Counted from the stretch's first letter, positions 17,490 through 27,897 are shown. The stretch: DNA of 64,000 nucleotides from a virus (IMGVR_UViG_3300047554_000447:1-64000); one strand, 5' to 3'. Notes: generated by a model not told the origin, from the letters alone. Numbers and translations: made by a program.

Positions 17490-18337
17490 AAATCAAATTA
17501 GTCAGCGATCTACATTTAGAGTTTTCGGACATCAACATCAAAAACGATGAAAATTGTGATGTTCTGATCCTCTCTGGCGATATCATGGTTGCCGAAGATC
17601 TGCATGACCACCCCTACGTTCCTAGTGTCTATGAATACGGTGCGTTTGCTGACTTAGGTCGTAAACAACAACGGGTACAGAGATTCCGAGACTTTTTGAA
17701 GCGTTGCTCCTTTCAATTCCCACATGTGGTTTACGTGGCAGGCAATCACGAATTTTATCACGGCAAATGGGTCAAGGGTATACAGTATCTTAGAGATGAA
17801 TGCGCCCAGTTTCCTAATGTCTACTTCTTAGAGCGTGACTGCAAAAAGATTGACGACGTTATGTTTGTCGGTGGTACATTATGGACTAACATGAACAAAG
17901 GCGATCCGCTTACACTTCATGCTGTTCGCGACATGATGAACGACTTCCGTATCATCAAGAACGATGAAAAAGGTTACACTAACCTGAAGCCTGCAGATAC
18001 TGTAGTTCGCCATCGTCAAACACTTGACTACATTAAGAGTGTGATTTCAGAAAAGCACGATGAAAAATTTGTTGTTGTAGGGCATCACAGCCCAAGCCTT
18101 CAAAGCATTCATCCGCAGTATGCACATGACAGCTTAATGAACGGTGCTTATCACAGTGACTTGAGCGAGTTTATTTTGGATCATCCGCAGATCAAACTGT
18201 GGACACACGGGCATACTCATCATCCTTTTGATTACATGATCGGTGAGACTCGTATTGTATGTAACCCACGTGGTTACGAAAACGACGGTTACAGCGAGCA
18301 AACTGGCTGGAACCCTAACATTATTTTGGAGATTTAA
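17486..18337 (+). CDS. Calcineurin-like metallophosphoesterase
   Basis: SDLHLE, GDI, AGNHE, GHHSP, HGHTH, NPRGY. Confidence 0.9.
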   Translation: MKIKLVSDLHLEFSDINIKNDENCDVLILSGDIMVAEDLHDHPYVPSVYEYGAFADLGRKQQRVQRFRDFLKRCSFQFPHVVYVAGNHEFYHGKWVKGIQYLRDECAQFPNVYFLERDCKKIDDVMFVGGTLWTNMNKGDPLTLHAVRDMMNDFRIIKNDEKGYTNLKPADTVVRHRQTLDYIKSVISEKHDEKFVVVGHHSPSLQSIHPQYAHDSLMNGAYHSDLSEFILDHPQIKLWTHGHTHHPFDYMIGETRIVCNPRGYENDGYSEQTGWNPNIILEI

Positions 18338-18478
18338 ATGGAACCTGATATCGCAGAAATACTTCGCTCATCTGCTAAAAACATTAGCGAATTGTTTCAT
18401 ATGTTGGCAAATAAAGTAGAAGCGTTGGAAAAAGAAAATGCAGAACTTAGAAGTCGAATTGAAAACAAAAATGCCTAA
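18338..18478 (+). CDS. Small coiled-coil hypothetical protein (46 aa)
   Basis: MEPDIAEILRSSAKN...VEALEKENAELRSRIENKNA; abuts both neighbours; not in the ORF track. Confidence 0.65.
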   Translation: MEPDIAEILRSSAKNISELFHMLANKVEALEKENAELRSRIENKNA

Positions 18479-18761
18479 TCAATTAACTGAAAAAGAACTA
18501 AAACTTTTTAAAAAATGGCTCAAAGGCCATTTAGCTTTTGGTCCTGTAACAGTGACGTTTACTAAAAAAGACGGCACTGAACGAGTCATGGAGTGTACTA
18601 CCAATACCTCTTTGATTCCACAAGAACCAATCGTTGAAAGTCTAGAGCCTAAAAGAGAAAAGAAACCTAATGATGAGATCTGTCCAGTCTACGATCTAGA
18701 ATCAAAACACTGGAAAAGTTTCCGTTGGGATTCAATCAAACAAGTTCGGTTTACTCTATGA
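18471..18761 (+). CDS. WYL_2 / SH3 beta-barrel phage protein
   Basis: VTFTKKDGTERVM.CT and YDLE..HWKSFR motifs. Confidence 0.75.
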   Translation: MPNQLTEKELKLFKKWLKGHLAFGPVTVTFTKKDGTERVMECTTNTSLIPQEPIVESLEPKREKKPNDEICPVYDLESKHWKSFRWDSIKQVRFTL

Positions 18762-19060
18762 ACGGCTTGATAGATGAAAATGGTGTATCGATCTGGGACG
18801 CAGAATGTCCTTATGATCCAGACGAACCTTTAGAAAGCCAAAGCATGATCATGACCTATAAAGGATCTAAGCAATTCTACTGGTCATATGTTACTATAGT
18901 CGACGCATTGTCTATGGGCGTTGATGTATTTTTAAAGAAGTCTATGCCTGATGAAACTGTTAGTCAAGAAGCGCAATTAGAGCTGAAAACTTTCTTTGAG
19001 CATTGGGTCAAGTTGGTGAAGAATGAAGGTAACATATATAGCCTAGGGGACGAGGAATGA
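18758..19060 (+). CDS. Hypothetical protein
   Basis: ATGA-coupled ORF. Confidence 0.6.
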   Translation: MNGLIDENGVSIWDAECPYDPDEPLESQSMIMTYKGSKQFYWSYVTIVDALSMGVDVFLKKSMPDETVSQEAQLELKTFFEHWVKLVKNEGNIYSLGDEE

Positions 19061-19290
19061 AAACATACGTTAGCGATACCTGTGAAGTTATCTGCGAAGA
19101 CAATGGAAATAAAGTCACAGCAGAGATATTAGCCTTCAATGAAAAAAGAAATCTCACTGTTTCTCTCAATCGAAGCATAAAACTTCTTCTAACATGGAAC
19201 GGTAGAGTCTACGAGGGCAAAGCCGGCCCGTTGAGTTTTGTCAGCGATGGTCCTACAGTAACCGTAACTAAAACTTCTTCAAGAGGTTAA
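19057..19290 (+). CDS. Hypothetical protein
   Basis: ATGA-coupled 77 aa ORF with GAGG RBS. Confidence 0.65.
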   Translation: MKTYVSDTCEVICEDNGNKVTAEILAFNEKRNLTVSLNRSIKLLLTWNGRVYEGKAGPLSFVSDGPTVTVTKTSSRG

Positions 19291-19291
19291 C

Positions 19292-19606
19292 ATGCCTCAT
19301 TCTTTTGTAGCATATTTTGATACTCTAGGGTTTGAGTGGATATTTGATGCTAGCCAACATGAAAAGAAATCGATGTGGGCTACTTTGAAAGGAACTGCTC
19401 TTGACTTCCCTATACCGAGATATGCTATACTTAGGGCACAGGCTAATCCACAGCGTTTTCCAGAAATTTGGGCGTTCGATTCTGAATTATCTTTAAACGA
19501 ATTGGATGAGATAGCCAAAGAAGATCCACAAGGTCTAGCTGATGTTATTAGACAAGAAGGTCGCCCTATATTTGTAACACCGAAACAGAAAGAAGTAATC
19601 AAATGA
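19292..19606 (+). CDS. Hypothetical protein
   Basis: 104 aa ORF in the operon; RAQANPQR motif. Confidence 0.65.
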   Translation: MPHSFVAYFDTLGFEWIFDASQHEKKSMWATLKGTALDFPIPRYAILRAQANPQRFPEIWAFDSELSLNELDEIAKEDPQGLADVIRQEGRPIFVTPKQKEVIK

Positions 19607-20058
19607 AAATTGGACTTAGTTATAGCCGATGCATCCGAGATATTGTCGATGGCAAAGTAAACATCGAAGATGTTCTTGTCATTGTTGCTCGTACAGATTT
19701 TGATCCCCACAATGACAAACAGTGGGAAAGCATTTGGCAGGGCTATGGCGGCGGCAGTGATGGCAACATGATGCGAGGCTTCTTTGCTGGTAGTCATCCA
19801 GAGTGGGCAGGATACACAGACGAGGATGAGGACCGTTTCCGTTCAGCAAGTATTGAACTTTGGGAACAAGGTAAGTTTCACCAACCTCGAAAGTTTGGTG
19901 CTCATCCTCGCCGCTTGCCCTACTACTGGCTAGAAACTTTCTTGCCCGACAACGAGCTAGATCGTAATCCTGCGGCTAAAAAGGCTTTTGAAAAGTTTCA
20001 AATGGTTGCTGGTTTAATCAACGGTTCCAAACTAAACACGGATTCGATTAATGACTAA
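19603..20058 (+). CDS. Hypothetical protein
   Basis: MKIGLSYSRCIRDI...GKFHQPR; ATGA-coupled. Confidence 0.7.
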   Translation: MKIGLSYSRCIRDIVDGKVNIEDVLVIVARTDFDPHNDKQWESIWQGYGGGSDGNMMRGFFAGSHPEWAGYTDEDEDRFRSASIELWEQGKFHQPRKFGAHPRRLPYYWLETFLPDNELDRNPAAKKAFEKFQMVAGLINGSKLNTDSIND

Positions 20059-20764
20059 TATACTTGCTCAGATTCAAGCTAGAAAAGACGAATTCGACTT
20101 TGAAGCTCTGTCAGTGTTTAAAGAACGCAGTACTGATTTCAAAGAAGATCCGTTAGTACTAGCCTGTGCCGCAAAAAAATTATCAGACGAGGGCAAACCA
20201 TTTGCTGGCCTTCAAGATCCCGAAACTCTAGACTCTATCACAGATGACCTTAGGGTCTATGCCGAAACGGTTCGAGATTACTACACAAAAAAATATTTTT
20301 GGAAGGCCATGTCTGGTGGGAATCTCAGCGACTATCGTAGACGTCTTATCAACTTATTGGAAAACAGAATTAAATCTTGCTCTGACAAAGATTGTGGTAT
20401 ATATTTTAAATTACCATATTTCTTTGAAGAAGACATGATTTACGATACATTTACCAAAAAATATAATACTACAGATGTGCCATCTGTTCGGTATGGCATT
20501 AATGCTTCTAAAGAAGATCTATCTCTAACATTCTTAAAAAGCACAGTGTCTAGACAACAGAAAAGAAAAATTGAAAGATTCTGGTTTACTGATCAAACCT
20601 ACTTATTTTGTGTAGCGATTGATCAGTCTAACCCGTTGATGGAAATGTTTAGGAAATTCCTAGAAGAATCCGAAACAGTTCATCTACAGGCTTTTCGAAC
20701 AGCGGATAGAATCGATAATATGCATTTCTATAACCTTTATAAATTTAACTTCAAGAGGATTTAA
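20051..20764 (+). CDS. Hypothetical protein, distant paralogue of 15474
   Basis: LACAA, AE..RDYY and G...LP motifs. Confidence 0.65.
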   Translation: MTNILAQIQARKDEFDFEALSVFKERSTDFKEDPLVLACAAKKLSDEGKPFAGLQDPETLDSITDDLRVYAETVRDYYTKKYFWKAMSGGNLSDYRRRLINLLENRIKSCSDKDCGIYFKLPYFFEEDMIYDTFTKKYNTTDVPSVRYGINASKEDLSLTFLKSTVSRQQKRKIERFWFTDQTYLFCVAIDQSNPLMEMFRKFLEESETVHLQAFRTADRIDNMHFYNLYKFNFKRI

Positions 20765-20765
20765 T

Positions 20766-21386
20766 ATGCCACATTTAGTACCTATGGTTGTTGAGCAAGA
20801 AGCTCGTGGCGAGCGTAGTTATGACATTTACAGTCGACTACTTAAAGATCGCATTGTTATGCTAGATACTGATGTAAATGAACACAGTTCTAGTATCATT
20901 GTTGCTCAATTGTTGTTCTTAGAAAGCCAGGGCACTGAGGACATCCAATTCTTTATTAACAGTCCAGGCGGTAGCGTAACTGCTGGCTTGGCTATCTATG
21001 ATACTATGCAGTTTATTAGGCCCGCTGTATCTACGATCGTTCTAGGACAGGCATGTAGTATGGGCAGTTTTCTAGCACAAGCGGGTGCTAAGGGCAAACG
21101 TTTCGTCCTTCCCGAAAGTCGTACGATGATCCATCGTGTTAGTTCCGGTACTCCGGGTACCCGTGGTTCAGTTCACGTGCAAGAGCTACAGTTCGAAGAT
21201 GCTAAACGCACCTACGAAGAAAGCCAACGCATTAACAAACGTCTAACAGAACTGTATGTTAAACACAATACAGCAGGTAAAACCTACGAAGAACTGTTCA
21301 ATGACATGAAATTTGATACGTTTTTAAGTGCGGATGAAGCTGTAAAATATGGGTTGGCTGACAAAGTCATTGAAAAACGCCCATAA
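20766..21386 (+). CDS. clpP: ATP-dependent Clp protease proteolytic subunit
   Basis: [26 protein letters not shown] (Ser), MIH (His), [13 protein letters not shown]. Confidence 0.95.
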   Translation: MPHLVPMVVEQEARGERSYDIYSRLLKDRIVMLDTDVNEHSSSIIVAQLLFLESQGTEDIQFFINSPGGSVTAGLAIYDTMQFIRPAVSTIVLGQACSMGSFLAQAGAKGKRFVLPESRTMIHRVSSGTPGTRGSVHVQELQFEDAKRTYEESQRINKRLTELYVKHNTAGKTYEELFNDMKFDTFLSADEAVKYGLADKVIEKRP

Positions 21387-21444
21387 TATGCGCAGTTAAT
21401 TCATGAGCCTAGTACACTATAAATACAATTACTAGGAGTGTGCT

Positions 21445-22173
21445 ATGGCTCGCAAGGGTTTTAACTGGAGTCTACTAGATCGAAATACATTGTATTCGCT
21501 GTTCTATAAGCTGAAACCTGAGCTTGTAGATCGACGCCTAACCTTTACTGAAATAACCAAGATCATTAGCAAACACGTTAAGTCTCATATACCTATTAAA
21601 GTCACTAGCAGTAGATTTTCTCCCGTGAGAAAAGGTGAAATGTGGATTGGCGGTGTTTATCACTCTGACTATGATCGACAAGGTAAAAGCAAATTCATAG
21701 AGCTACAACTAGCATATCCTCAAGATGCTTCAACTATGAAGATGAGCAATTACAGATTTGAAAGAATCTGTACCGTTTTCGCAGATATCGTACTGCACGA
21801 AGTTATTCATACTAGACAGTTTAGAGCTAGAAAGTTTAAAGCTATTCCGGGTTACCAAAGTACTGCCTACTATGCAAGAACACGCAAAGAACAAGAGTAC
21901 TATGGTGATAGAGATGAAATGGGTGCCCATTCTTTCAATCTAGCACAGGATATGATTGATAAGTTTGGCATGAATCCTAGTGCTATCCGACAATACCTAG
22001 ACAGTAATGTTCAAAAAAGAGTAAGACCAAATGGTTGGGGAAGATTTATGAAAGCATTTGAATATAATCACGACCACCCAAAAGTCCGTCAAATGAAGAA
22101 AAAAATCATGAGTCAGTTGGAATATGCCGAACGAGGTAAGCCATTTAAGACCACTGACTACTTGACATACTAA
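21445..22173 (+). CDS. HExxH zincin-like hypothetical protein
   Basis: VLHEVIHTRQ, YYGDRDEMGAH; preceded by TATAAATA at 21418-21425. Confidence 0.65.
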   Translation: MARKGFNWSLLDRNTLYSLFYKLKPELVDRRLTFTEITKIISKHVKSHIPIKVTSSRFSPVRKGEMWIGGVYHSDYDRQGKSKFIELQLAYPQDASTMKMSNYRFERICTVFADIVLHEVIHTRQFRARKFKAIPGYQSTAYYARTRKEQEYYGDRDEMGAHSFNLAQDMIDKFGMNPSAIRQYLDSNVQKRVRPNGWGRFMKAFEYNHDHPKVRQMKKKIMSQLEYAERGKPFKTTDYLTY

Positions 22174-22190
22174 TCTGTTTCCTGTATAAT
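22162..22190 (+). promoter_or_regulatory. Consensus sigma70 promoter
   Basis: TTGACA-N17-TATAAT upstream of the ligase gene. Confidence 0.85.
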
Positions 22191-22220
22191 ACTAGTATTG
22201 CAAAAATACTAGGATTACAA

Positions 22221-23537
22221 ATGAGCGACCCTTGTCAATACGTTATTTCAGCACTTGAAACTCATAATAGTCGTTTGGACAAAGAAGCGATTATCGAAGT
22301 CCAAATGACTCAGAAGAACGATGAGTTCTTCGAAGGTTGCAGACTTGCACTAGATCCAATGATCACATTTGGACTCAAACAAATTCCGGAGAAAACAAAT
22401 GAAGATGGTACTGGGCTACCTTGGGATGGTTTTATTAGTGTTGTTAAGCGTTTGGCTAATCGTGAACTCACCGGTAACGTTGCTCGGAGTGCCGTTGAGG
22501 CATTGATGAACACTGCCACTAAGGCAGAGTGGAATGGCTGGTATCGTCGCATCCTTATTAAAGATCTTCGTTGCGGTGTTTCAGAAAAGACCGTTAACAA
22601 AGTCGTAGAAAAGAAAAATCCAAATTATGCAGTTCCTGTTTTTAGTTGCCAGCTTGCTCATGATAGTGCTAATCATGAAGGCAAGGTCGGAGGGGAAAAA
22701 CTTATTGAAGTCAAGCTCGATGGTGTTCGGGTTATTACTATTGTCTATCCAAATGGGCGTGTTGATCAATTTAGTCGCAATGGTAAAGAGTTGGTAAACT
22801 TTGAGACTATCAAAGAACAAATGTCCAAGACCGCAGGCCACTATAATGTACCTATGGTCTTTGATGGCGAAGTAATGTCTAGCAGTTTCCAAGACTTAAT
22901 GAAGCAGGTGCATCGCAAGAGTGATGTTAAGGCCGATGATGCTATTTTGCATCTTTTTGATATCCTAACACTTGAAGACTTCGAAGCTGGCGTTGCTCAT
23001 GTTCCCCAACTGTTAAGAAGTGAAACCCTAATCGGTTGGCACAATACCAATAAGGCACTATTGCCTAACGTTGAAGTAGTAGCTCACGAAGTTGTTAATA
23101 TCAGCGAACCTGAAGGTGCTGAAAGGTTTAAAGCTATCAATCAAATGGCCATCGAAGGTGGCTATGAAGGCATTATGATTAAAGAAATTAATGCTCCGTA
23201 CGAATGTAAAAGAACTGTTAATTGGCTTAAACTCAAACCGTTTATTGAGGTAAGTCTTAATGTTGTTGCTGTAGAAGAAGGTACAGGCAAGAACGTTGGT
23301 CGGTTAGGTGCATTAGTTTGTGAGGGTGAAGATGACGGAAAAAGAATTCGTGTTAATGTGGGGTCTGGGTTTTCTGATGATTCCCGTAATGATTATTGGA
23401 TTTCCCGTGATAAAGTGGTTGGGAAGATCGTTGAAGTCCGTGCCGATGCGATTACGCAAAATCAAGATGGAAGTTACTCTTTACGCTTTCCGCGCTTCTT
23501 ACATTTTAGAGGGTTTGCCAATGGCGAGAAAATTTGA
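22221..23537 (+). CDS. lig: ATP-dependent DNA ligase
   Basis: KLDGVR (motif I), FDGE, FD, EGIMIK, WLKLK, VGSGF, SLRFPRF. Confidence 0.95.
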   Translation: MSDPCQYVISALETHNSRLDKEAIIEVQMTQKNDEFFEGCRLALDPMITFGLKQIPEKTNEDGTGLPWDGFISVVKRLANRELTGNVARSAVEALMNTATKAEWNGWYRRILIKDLRCGVSEKTVNKVVEKKNPNYAVPVFSCQLAHDSANHEGKVGGEKLIEVKLDGVRVITIVYPNGRVDQFSRNGKELVNFETIKEQMSKTAGHYNVPMVFDGEVMSSSFQDLMKQVHRKSDVKADDAILHLFDILTLEDFEAGVAHVPQLLRSETLIGWHNTNKALLPNVEVVAHEVVNISEPEGAERFKAINQMAIEGGYEGIMIKEINAPYECKRTVNWLKLKPFIEVSLNVVAVEEGTGKNVGRLGALVCEGEDDGKRIRVNVGSGFSDDSRNDYWISRDKVVGKIVEVRADAITQNQDGSYSLRFPRFLHFRGFANGEKI

Positions 23538-23769
23538 TATACGTCGGTCAATGCACAAAGACATGCTCTATGGTGCTTTGCTAGAGCTGAGTCAAAATGC
23601 TAGAGTTTGGCATGAAAGCTCTGTAAGTCCAGAGTACAGTCACTTGACAGAGGATGGCAAGTCCGCTATCATACACGTCGTTGAAGAAATGTTTCGTGGA
23701 TTGCAGACTATCCACAAACAAGAAGTCAAAGAAGAGGCTAAGAACCAAATGATGGATGCATTAAAATGA
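23521..23769 (+). CDS. Hypothetical protein (82 aa, MARKFDIRR...)
   Basis: Likely true start of track ORF 23320-23769; overlaps the ligase stop. Confidence 0.6.
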   Translation: MARKFDIRRSMHKDMLYGALLELSQNARVWHESSVSPEYSHLTEDGKSAIIHVVEEMFRGLQTIHKQEVKEEAKNQMMDALK

Positions 23770-23954
23770 AAGTTAAAAAAGAAGAACTATGGCAAAGTCC
23801 AAATCAGACTGAGTTTTATGTAGACGATGTTAGAGATGTTGACGGCGAACGCTGGATCTATTACACTAACACTTTTACAAAACAGACTTATAGCTGTTTG
23901 GAATTAGCATTTATTGAAAGATTTCAACCGATTTTAAACAGGAGTTATCGATGA
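23766..23954 (+). CDS. Hypothetical protein
   Basis: ATGA-coupled 62 aa ORF. Confidence 0.6.
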   Translation: MKVKKEELWQSPNQTEFYVDDVRDVDGERWIYYTNTFTKQTYSCLELAFIERFQPILNRSYR

Positions 23955-24097
23955 ACTGTACCGGACAACCGTTGTCAAATACTACTGCTCAATATATTGA
24001 GTTTTGGAATCTATACTGTCAATATAACACAGCGTGGATTGAAGTGTATTTAAATATGTATAAGTGGTGGATGCCACTAATGAATAAAGGAGAATAA
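23951..24097 (+). CDS. Small hypothetical protein (48 aa, MNCTGQPLSN...)
   Basis: GGAG RBS, ATGA overlap, fills the gap; not in the ORF track. Confidence 0.45.
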   Translation: MNCTGQPLSNTTAQYIEFWNLYCQYNTAWIEVYLNMYKWWMPLMNKGE

Positions 24098-24098
24098 A

Positions 24099-24770
24099 AT
24101 GTACGCAGTAACCTATAGGTCAGCTACAGAAATTAATTCAGCTATGGGCCGAGTCTACGGCCACATGGGTCTAGCTGTTCTAACTAGCATGATTATCAGC
24201 TATCTCGTTGGTACTAATGCTTCACTTTTAGAATTTTTCTTTACTGGTGCTATGAAATGGATTGTAATTTTTGCGCCGTTGATTGCGATTCTAGGTGTTA
24301 GTGTTGCTATGGAAAAGATGAGTAAGCCTGCCTTACAAATTTTTTTACACGGGTTTGCCGCGCTGATGGGTTTGAGCTTCGCTACAATCTTTGCTGTTTA
24401 CAACATGGGTAGTATCGTAAGCGCATTTATGAGTGCCGCAGTATTGTTTGGTGTCATGAGCTTCTACGGATATTTTACTAAAAAGAATCTAGATAGCATC
24501 GGGCAATTCATGTTCATTGGATTGATTGCTATTATCATTGCTAGTATTATTAACATCTTTATCGGTAGTACTGTATTCCAAATGGTTATTAGTGCTATTG
24601 CTGTTATTGTGTTCCTTGGCTTAACTGCCTATGACACACAAAAAATTCGAGAAATTGTCAGTTACGACAATGACGGTAAAGCTGAGGTAATGGGTGCGTT
24701 AACACTTTATCTCGATTTTATCAACTTGTTCTTAAGTCTATTACAACTGTTTGGCGGAAAGAAAGACTGA
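24099..24770 (+). CDS. Bax inhibitor-1/YccA family membrane protein
   Basis: Polytopic membrane protein with TAYDTQKI and ALTLYLDFINLF signatures. Confidence 0.92.
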   Translation: MYAVTYRSATEINSAMGRVYGHMGLAVLTSMIISYLVGTNASLLEFFFTGAMKWIVIFAPLIAILGVSVAMEKMSKPALQIFLHGFAALMGLSFATIFAVYNMGSIVSAFMSAAVLFGVMSFYGYFTKKNLDSIGQFMFIGLIAIIIASIINIFIGSTVFQMVISAIAVIVFLGLTAYDTQKIREIVSYDNDGKAEVMGALTLYLDFINLFLSLLQLFGGKKD

Positions 24771-24771
24771 A

Positions 24772-25605
24772 ATGCGTAATCACTATTGGACCTGCTCTAA
24801 GTTTGCTGACTGGCTTCGTGGCACCACTAAGGGCGGAGCCAAGACTAGTGAAGGCTGGGACGAATGGGAAGCTCGTGCCAAGGCCGCATATCCCATTCGT
24901 TGGTGGCTAGCCGAAGAAGGCTTAGACTACCTACAGCGAATCGTTTACTTTATTCCGGACACATTATACAGTGCAAAATACTATATTAATAACCGCTGGG
25001 TTACTCGTACTCATGCTCTTACTGCTCATCCTCGGGATATCAAGCCTGGTACTTGGTCAGATGTTGGGCACCGTTTTCTCCCATGTCTTTTCAATGAGCT
25101 TCAAGATTTTGTAGAAGTTGAACTAGCATGGTGGCACATTGCCTGGGCAGATCCTGCCGAAAAGGCAAAGTATAACGCACCATTCTGGGCCACTGGTTGG
25201 TTCCGTTGGCGTACTTGGCGTTGCCCACAAGCAGGTCTTGATAATCTCAAGTGGCAAAGCGAGCTTCGTCATACTGTTGACGACGGCTGGGAAGAAGGCG
25301 ATCCAAATGTTGGCACACCTACTCCGCAGGCCGAAAGAGCCCTAGAAATACTAGCACTTTACAAGTGGTGGACTGAAGTTTATCGTAATCGTCCAGATCC
25401 TCACGATGCTAGCGGGTGGAGTGAATACTGCGAACGCAAACGCGAGGAAGGCGGTAGTTTTATCGGAGAAGCCAAAGATCCAGAACTTCGTGCGTTCGGT
25501 GAGGCGGCTCTGAAGAAAACGCACGAAATTGAACAAGCATATGAAGCAGAAGACGAAGCTATGTTAATTCGTCTTATCAAAGTGAGACATGCACTTTGGA
25601 CATAA
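24772..25605 (+). CDS. Trp-rich conserved phage hypothetical protein
   Basis: Long ORF, probable start MRNHYW; LYKWW..YRNRPDP motif. Confidence 0.75.
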   Translation: MRNHYWTCSKFADWLRGTTKGGAKTSEGWDEWEARAKAAYPIRWWLAEEGLDYLQRIVYFIPDTLYSAKYYINNRWVTRTHALTAHPRDIKPGTWSDVGHRFLPCLFNELQDFVEVELAWWHIAWADPAEKAKYNAPFWATGWFRWRTWRCPQAGLDNLKWQSELRHTVDDGWEEGDPNVGTPTPQAERALEILALYKWWTEVYRNRPDPHDASGWSEYCERKREEGGSFIGEAKDPELRAFGEAALKKTHEIEQAYEAEDEAMLIRLIKVRHALWT

Positions 25606-25630
25606 ATATTTTTGAAAGGAGGTTGTTACT

Positions 25631-25876
25631 ATGAAACAACTATTAATCGCAGTAGGTCTAGCAGTAGCATTTGCAGGTACCGCAGTAGCCAAGGAAGAAA
25701 CTAAAGATGTTAAAGCCAATGGCAAGACAGTAGAAGTTAGGGTTCCAAAAAGCTCTAAGATTGATTGCAAAGTCGAGGCTAACAAAGCTAAGACAGAGTG
25801 CAAGAAACCTACTAAGGAAATGCCTAAGGTTGAAAAACCAAAAGCTGAAGCACCAAAAGACGCACCTAAGAAGTAA
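25631..25876 (+). CDS. Small secreted Lys-rich protein
   Basis: Sec signal (MKQLLIAVGLAVAFAGTAVA), two Cys, AGGAGG RBS. Confidence 0.7.
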   Translation: MKQLLIAVGLAVAFAGTAVAKEETKDVKANGKTVEVRVPKSSKIDCKVEANKAKTECKKPTKEMPKVEKPKAEAPKDAPKK

Positions 25877-25878
25877 AT

Positions 25879-25924
25879 AAGGCCCGCTCCTCTATGACTT
25901 AGTCACACGAGCGGGTTTTCTTTT
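25879..25924 (+). terminator. Rho-independent terminator
   Basis: GGCCCGCTC...GAGCGGGTT stem with an inner TGAC-TTA-GTCA hairpin, followed by TTTTCTTTT. Confidence 0.7.
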
Positions 25925-25945
25925 GGCCACAAGATAATTAACTAT

Positions 25946-26701
25946 ATGTATTTTGATAACTGTAAGAGGCTTGTTGTATTCGGCGATTCGTTAACCTACG
26001 GTCACGGTCTTCCAGATGCCGATAATTTAAAATTTGAAAAGCCAAGCAGTTTGTCTTGGGCTAACACAGTGGCTATGAATTACGGCCTTGAATTATATAA
26101 TAAGGCGATACCCGGAAGTGGTAATGATTCAATGTTTCGAGCCTTTAACGAATATTTAATTGGTATATTTGCCAACGATCACCATAATGCTACTCGTAGA
26201 TTTTCAGCAGTCTACAAGCCTGGCGATGCTGTAATCATTGGTTTAAGCAATCTATGGCGCACTGAAGTTTATGATTTTAGACATCAACGATACGAAAGAA
26301 TACTAGTCAACAGCGAATATTTTTATGATCCTGATCTAGAAAAATCTGTTAGGTACATTATGGCCGCTGAAAGCGAGGATAGTCTAATTTCAAAGATGCT
26401 ACAACAGATACACAATATAGTTTCAATGTGTAGACATTATAATATACCGGTGTTGTTATTCCATGCTCTGCCACCAATCGATCATAAAACTAACAGCGAC
26501 ATTATCAATCAAACATATATCCCACCATCGTGCCAATCAATGTTAAAACGTACAAATTGTCGAGAGTGGCTCACTGAAGTTATGCACAACGAAATATCTT
26601 TAAAGTTAGGTAGAGATCATTTTTTACCCTGCGGACACCCTAGTGCATCCGGTCAAGACTTCTGGGGTAAAAGATTAATCAATTATATTGAGGATTTATG
26701 A
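25946..26701 (+). CDS. SGNH/GDSL hydrolase-like protein
   Basis: FGDSLTYG, AIPGSGN, C-terminal GHP. Confidence 0.75.
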   Translation: MYFDNCKRLVVFGDSLTYGHGLPDADNLKFEKPSSLSWANTVAMNYGLELYNKAIPGSGNDSMFRAFNEYLIGIFANDHHNATRRFSAVYKPGDAVIIGLSNLWRTEVYDFRHQRYERILVNSEYFYDPDLEKSVRYIMAAESEDSLISKMLQQIHNIVSMCRHYNIPVLLFHALPPIDHKTNSDIINQTYIPPSCQSMLKRTNCREWLTEVMHNEISLKLGRDHFLPCGHPSASGQDFWGKRLINYIEDL

Positions 26702-27897
26702 AAGTAAAAATATTTGTAGAAGAAGGCGATCGAGTTCCGTATGTGAACGGATTTAAAAAAGAAATCGCTGAAAAAATTATCATACCTCAGTATTATCCCG
26801 AAGGATTTTTTGGTCTATACGGCCCTCCATTCTTTAGAACATACGAACCTGTAAATGCTATTCCCGAAGATAAATTCTATTATCCAATAATTGTTAGTTT
26901 ATGGTTGATCATTGATAATATTGAGCACCTCGAAATACCAACTGAAATTATTTCTTGTATTAAATCTCAACAGGCAAAGATATTATTAGTAAATCCATTT
27001 GAGGGTTGGGAGTGGAGTTACTGGGAATCTCTAGTAGAGAAAATCGCAGATAAATTTAATTTATCATCAGACGATTTTGTCTGCCTAACAGGCAATCACT
27101 CTCCTCTAACTAATTTAAAATCTATCGTGTTTAATTTTTGGGAGTTTGGTTATCAATATAATCTCTTAGAAGAACATAGATTAAAATTTATCGAATCAGT
27201 TAAGAATCTAGACGCTAAACCTTATAAGTTTATCTGTCTAAATCGCAGGCCTCATTTTCACAGACTGGCTCTAGTACAGATGTTGTTTGATATCAAAGAT
27301 CAAGGAATCCTAACCTGTGCAAAACAAGGAGCAATCGCACCCGAATATTTTACTATGCATCTTAATAGATTGCAAAAATACGACGAAGGAATACATGATC
27401 GATTCGTTAAAAATATACTTCCAGTATTGCCGTTGACCGTCGACGACGGCATTGATGTTGAGATAGAAAATCCTGCACTGGATACTAAGTATGATAAATT
27501 TTTCGATAGTTATATTCATATAGTAACAGAAACATTTTTTGAACAACTCAATAATAGAATGTTTTTCAGTGAAAAGGCTTTTAAGCCGATGGCTATGTTA
27601 CAGCCATTTGTGTTTGTTGGTCAACGTCACTCATTAAAAACTCTCAGAGACTTAGGATACAAAACATTTCAACCATATATAGATGAAAGCTACGATGAAA
27701 TCGTCGATGACCACGACCGTATGCAGGCTGTGGTAAAAGAGATAAAAAGATTAACGGCTCTTGAACATGATCAGCTATGGGTACTAATACAGCGTATTCG
27801 CCCTATTATTGAACATAATTTTCTGCACATTTATACTAGAGCTGATATTATCAAAGAACAATTAAAATCTGAATTAATTAAAGGATTAGAAAAATGA
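26698..27897 (+). CDS. Putative glycosyltransferase-like protein (GT-B-type C-terminus)
   Basis: FICLNRR..HR, IVTET, FSEK..KP, GYKTF...DESYD; adjacent to ugd. Confidence 0.5.
   Translation: MKVKIFVEEGDRVPYVNGFKKEIAEKIIIPQYYPEGFFGLYGPPFFRTYEPVNAIPEDKFYYPIIVSLWLIIDNIEHLEIPTEIISCIKSQQAKILLVNPFEGWEWSYWESLVEKIADKFNLSSDDFVCLTGNHSPLTNLKSIVFNFWEFGYQYNLLEEHRLKFIESVKNLDAKPYKFICLNRRPHFHRLALVQMLFDIKDQGILTCAKQGAIAPEYFTMHLNRLQKYDEGIHDRFVKNILPVLPLTVDDGIDVEIENPALDTKYDKFFDSYIHIVTETFFEQLNNRMFFSEKAFKPMAMLQPFVFVGQRHSLKTLRDLGYKTFQPYIDESYDEIVDDHDRMQAVVKEIKRLTALEHDQLWVLIQRIRPIIEHNFLHIYTRADIIKEQLKSELIKGLEK

Noticed and set aside
23320-23520. N-terminal extension of ORF 23320-23769
   Set aside because: It overlaps the ligase in another frame; ATG 23521 is the more plausible start
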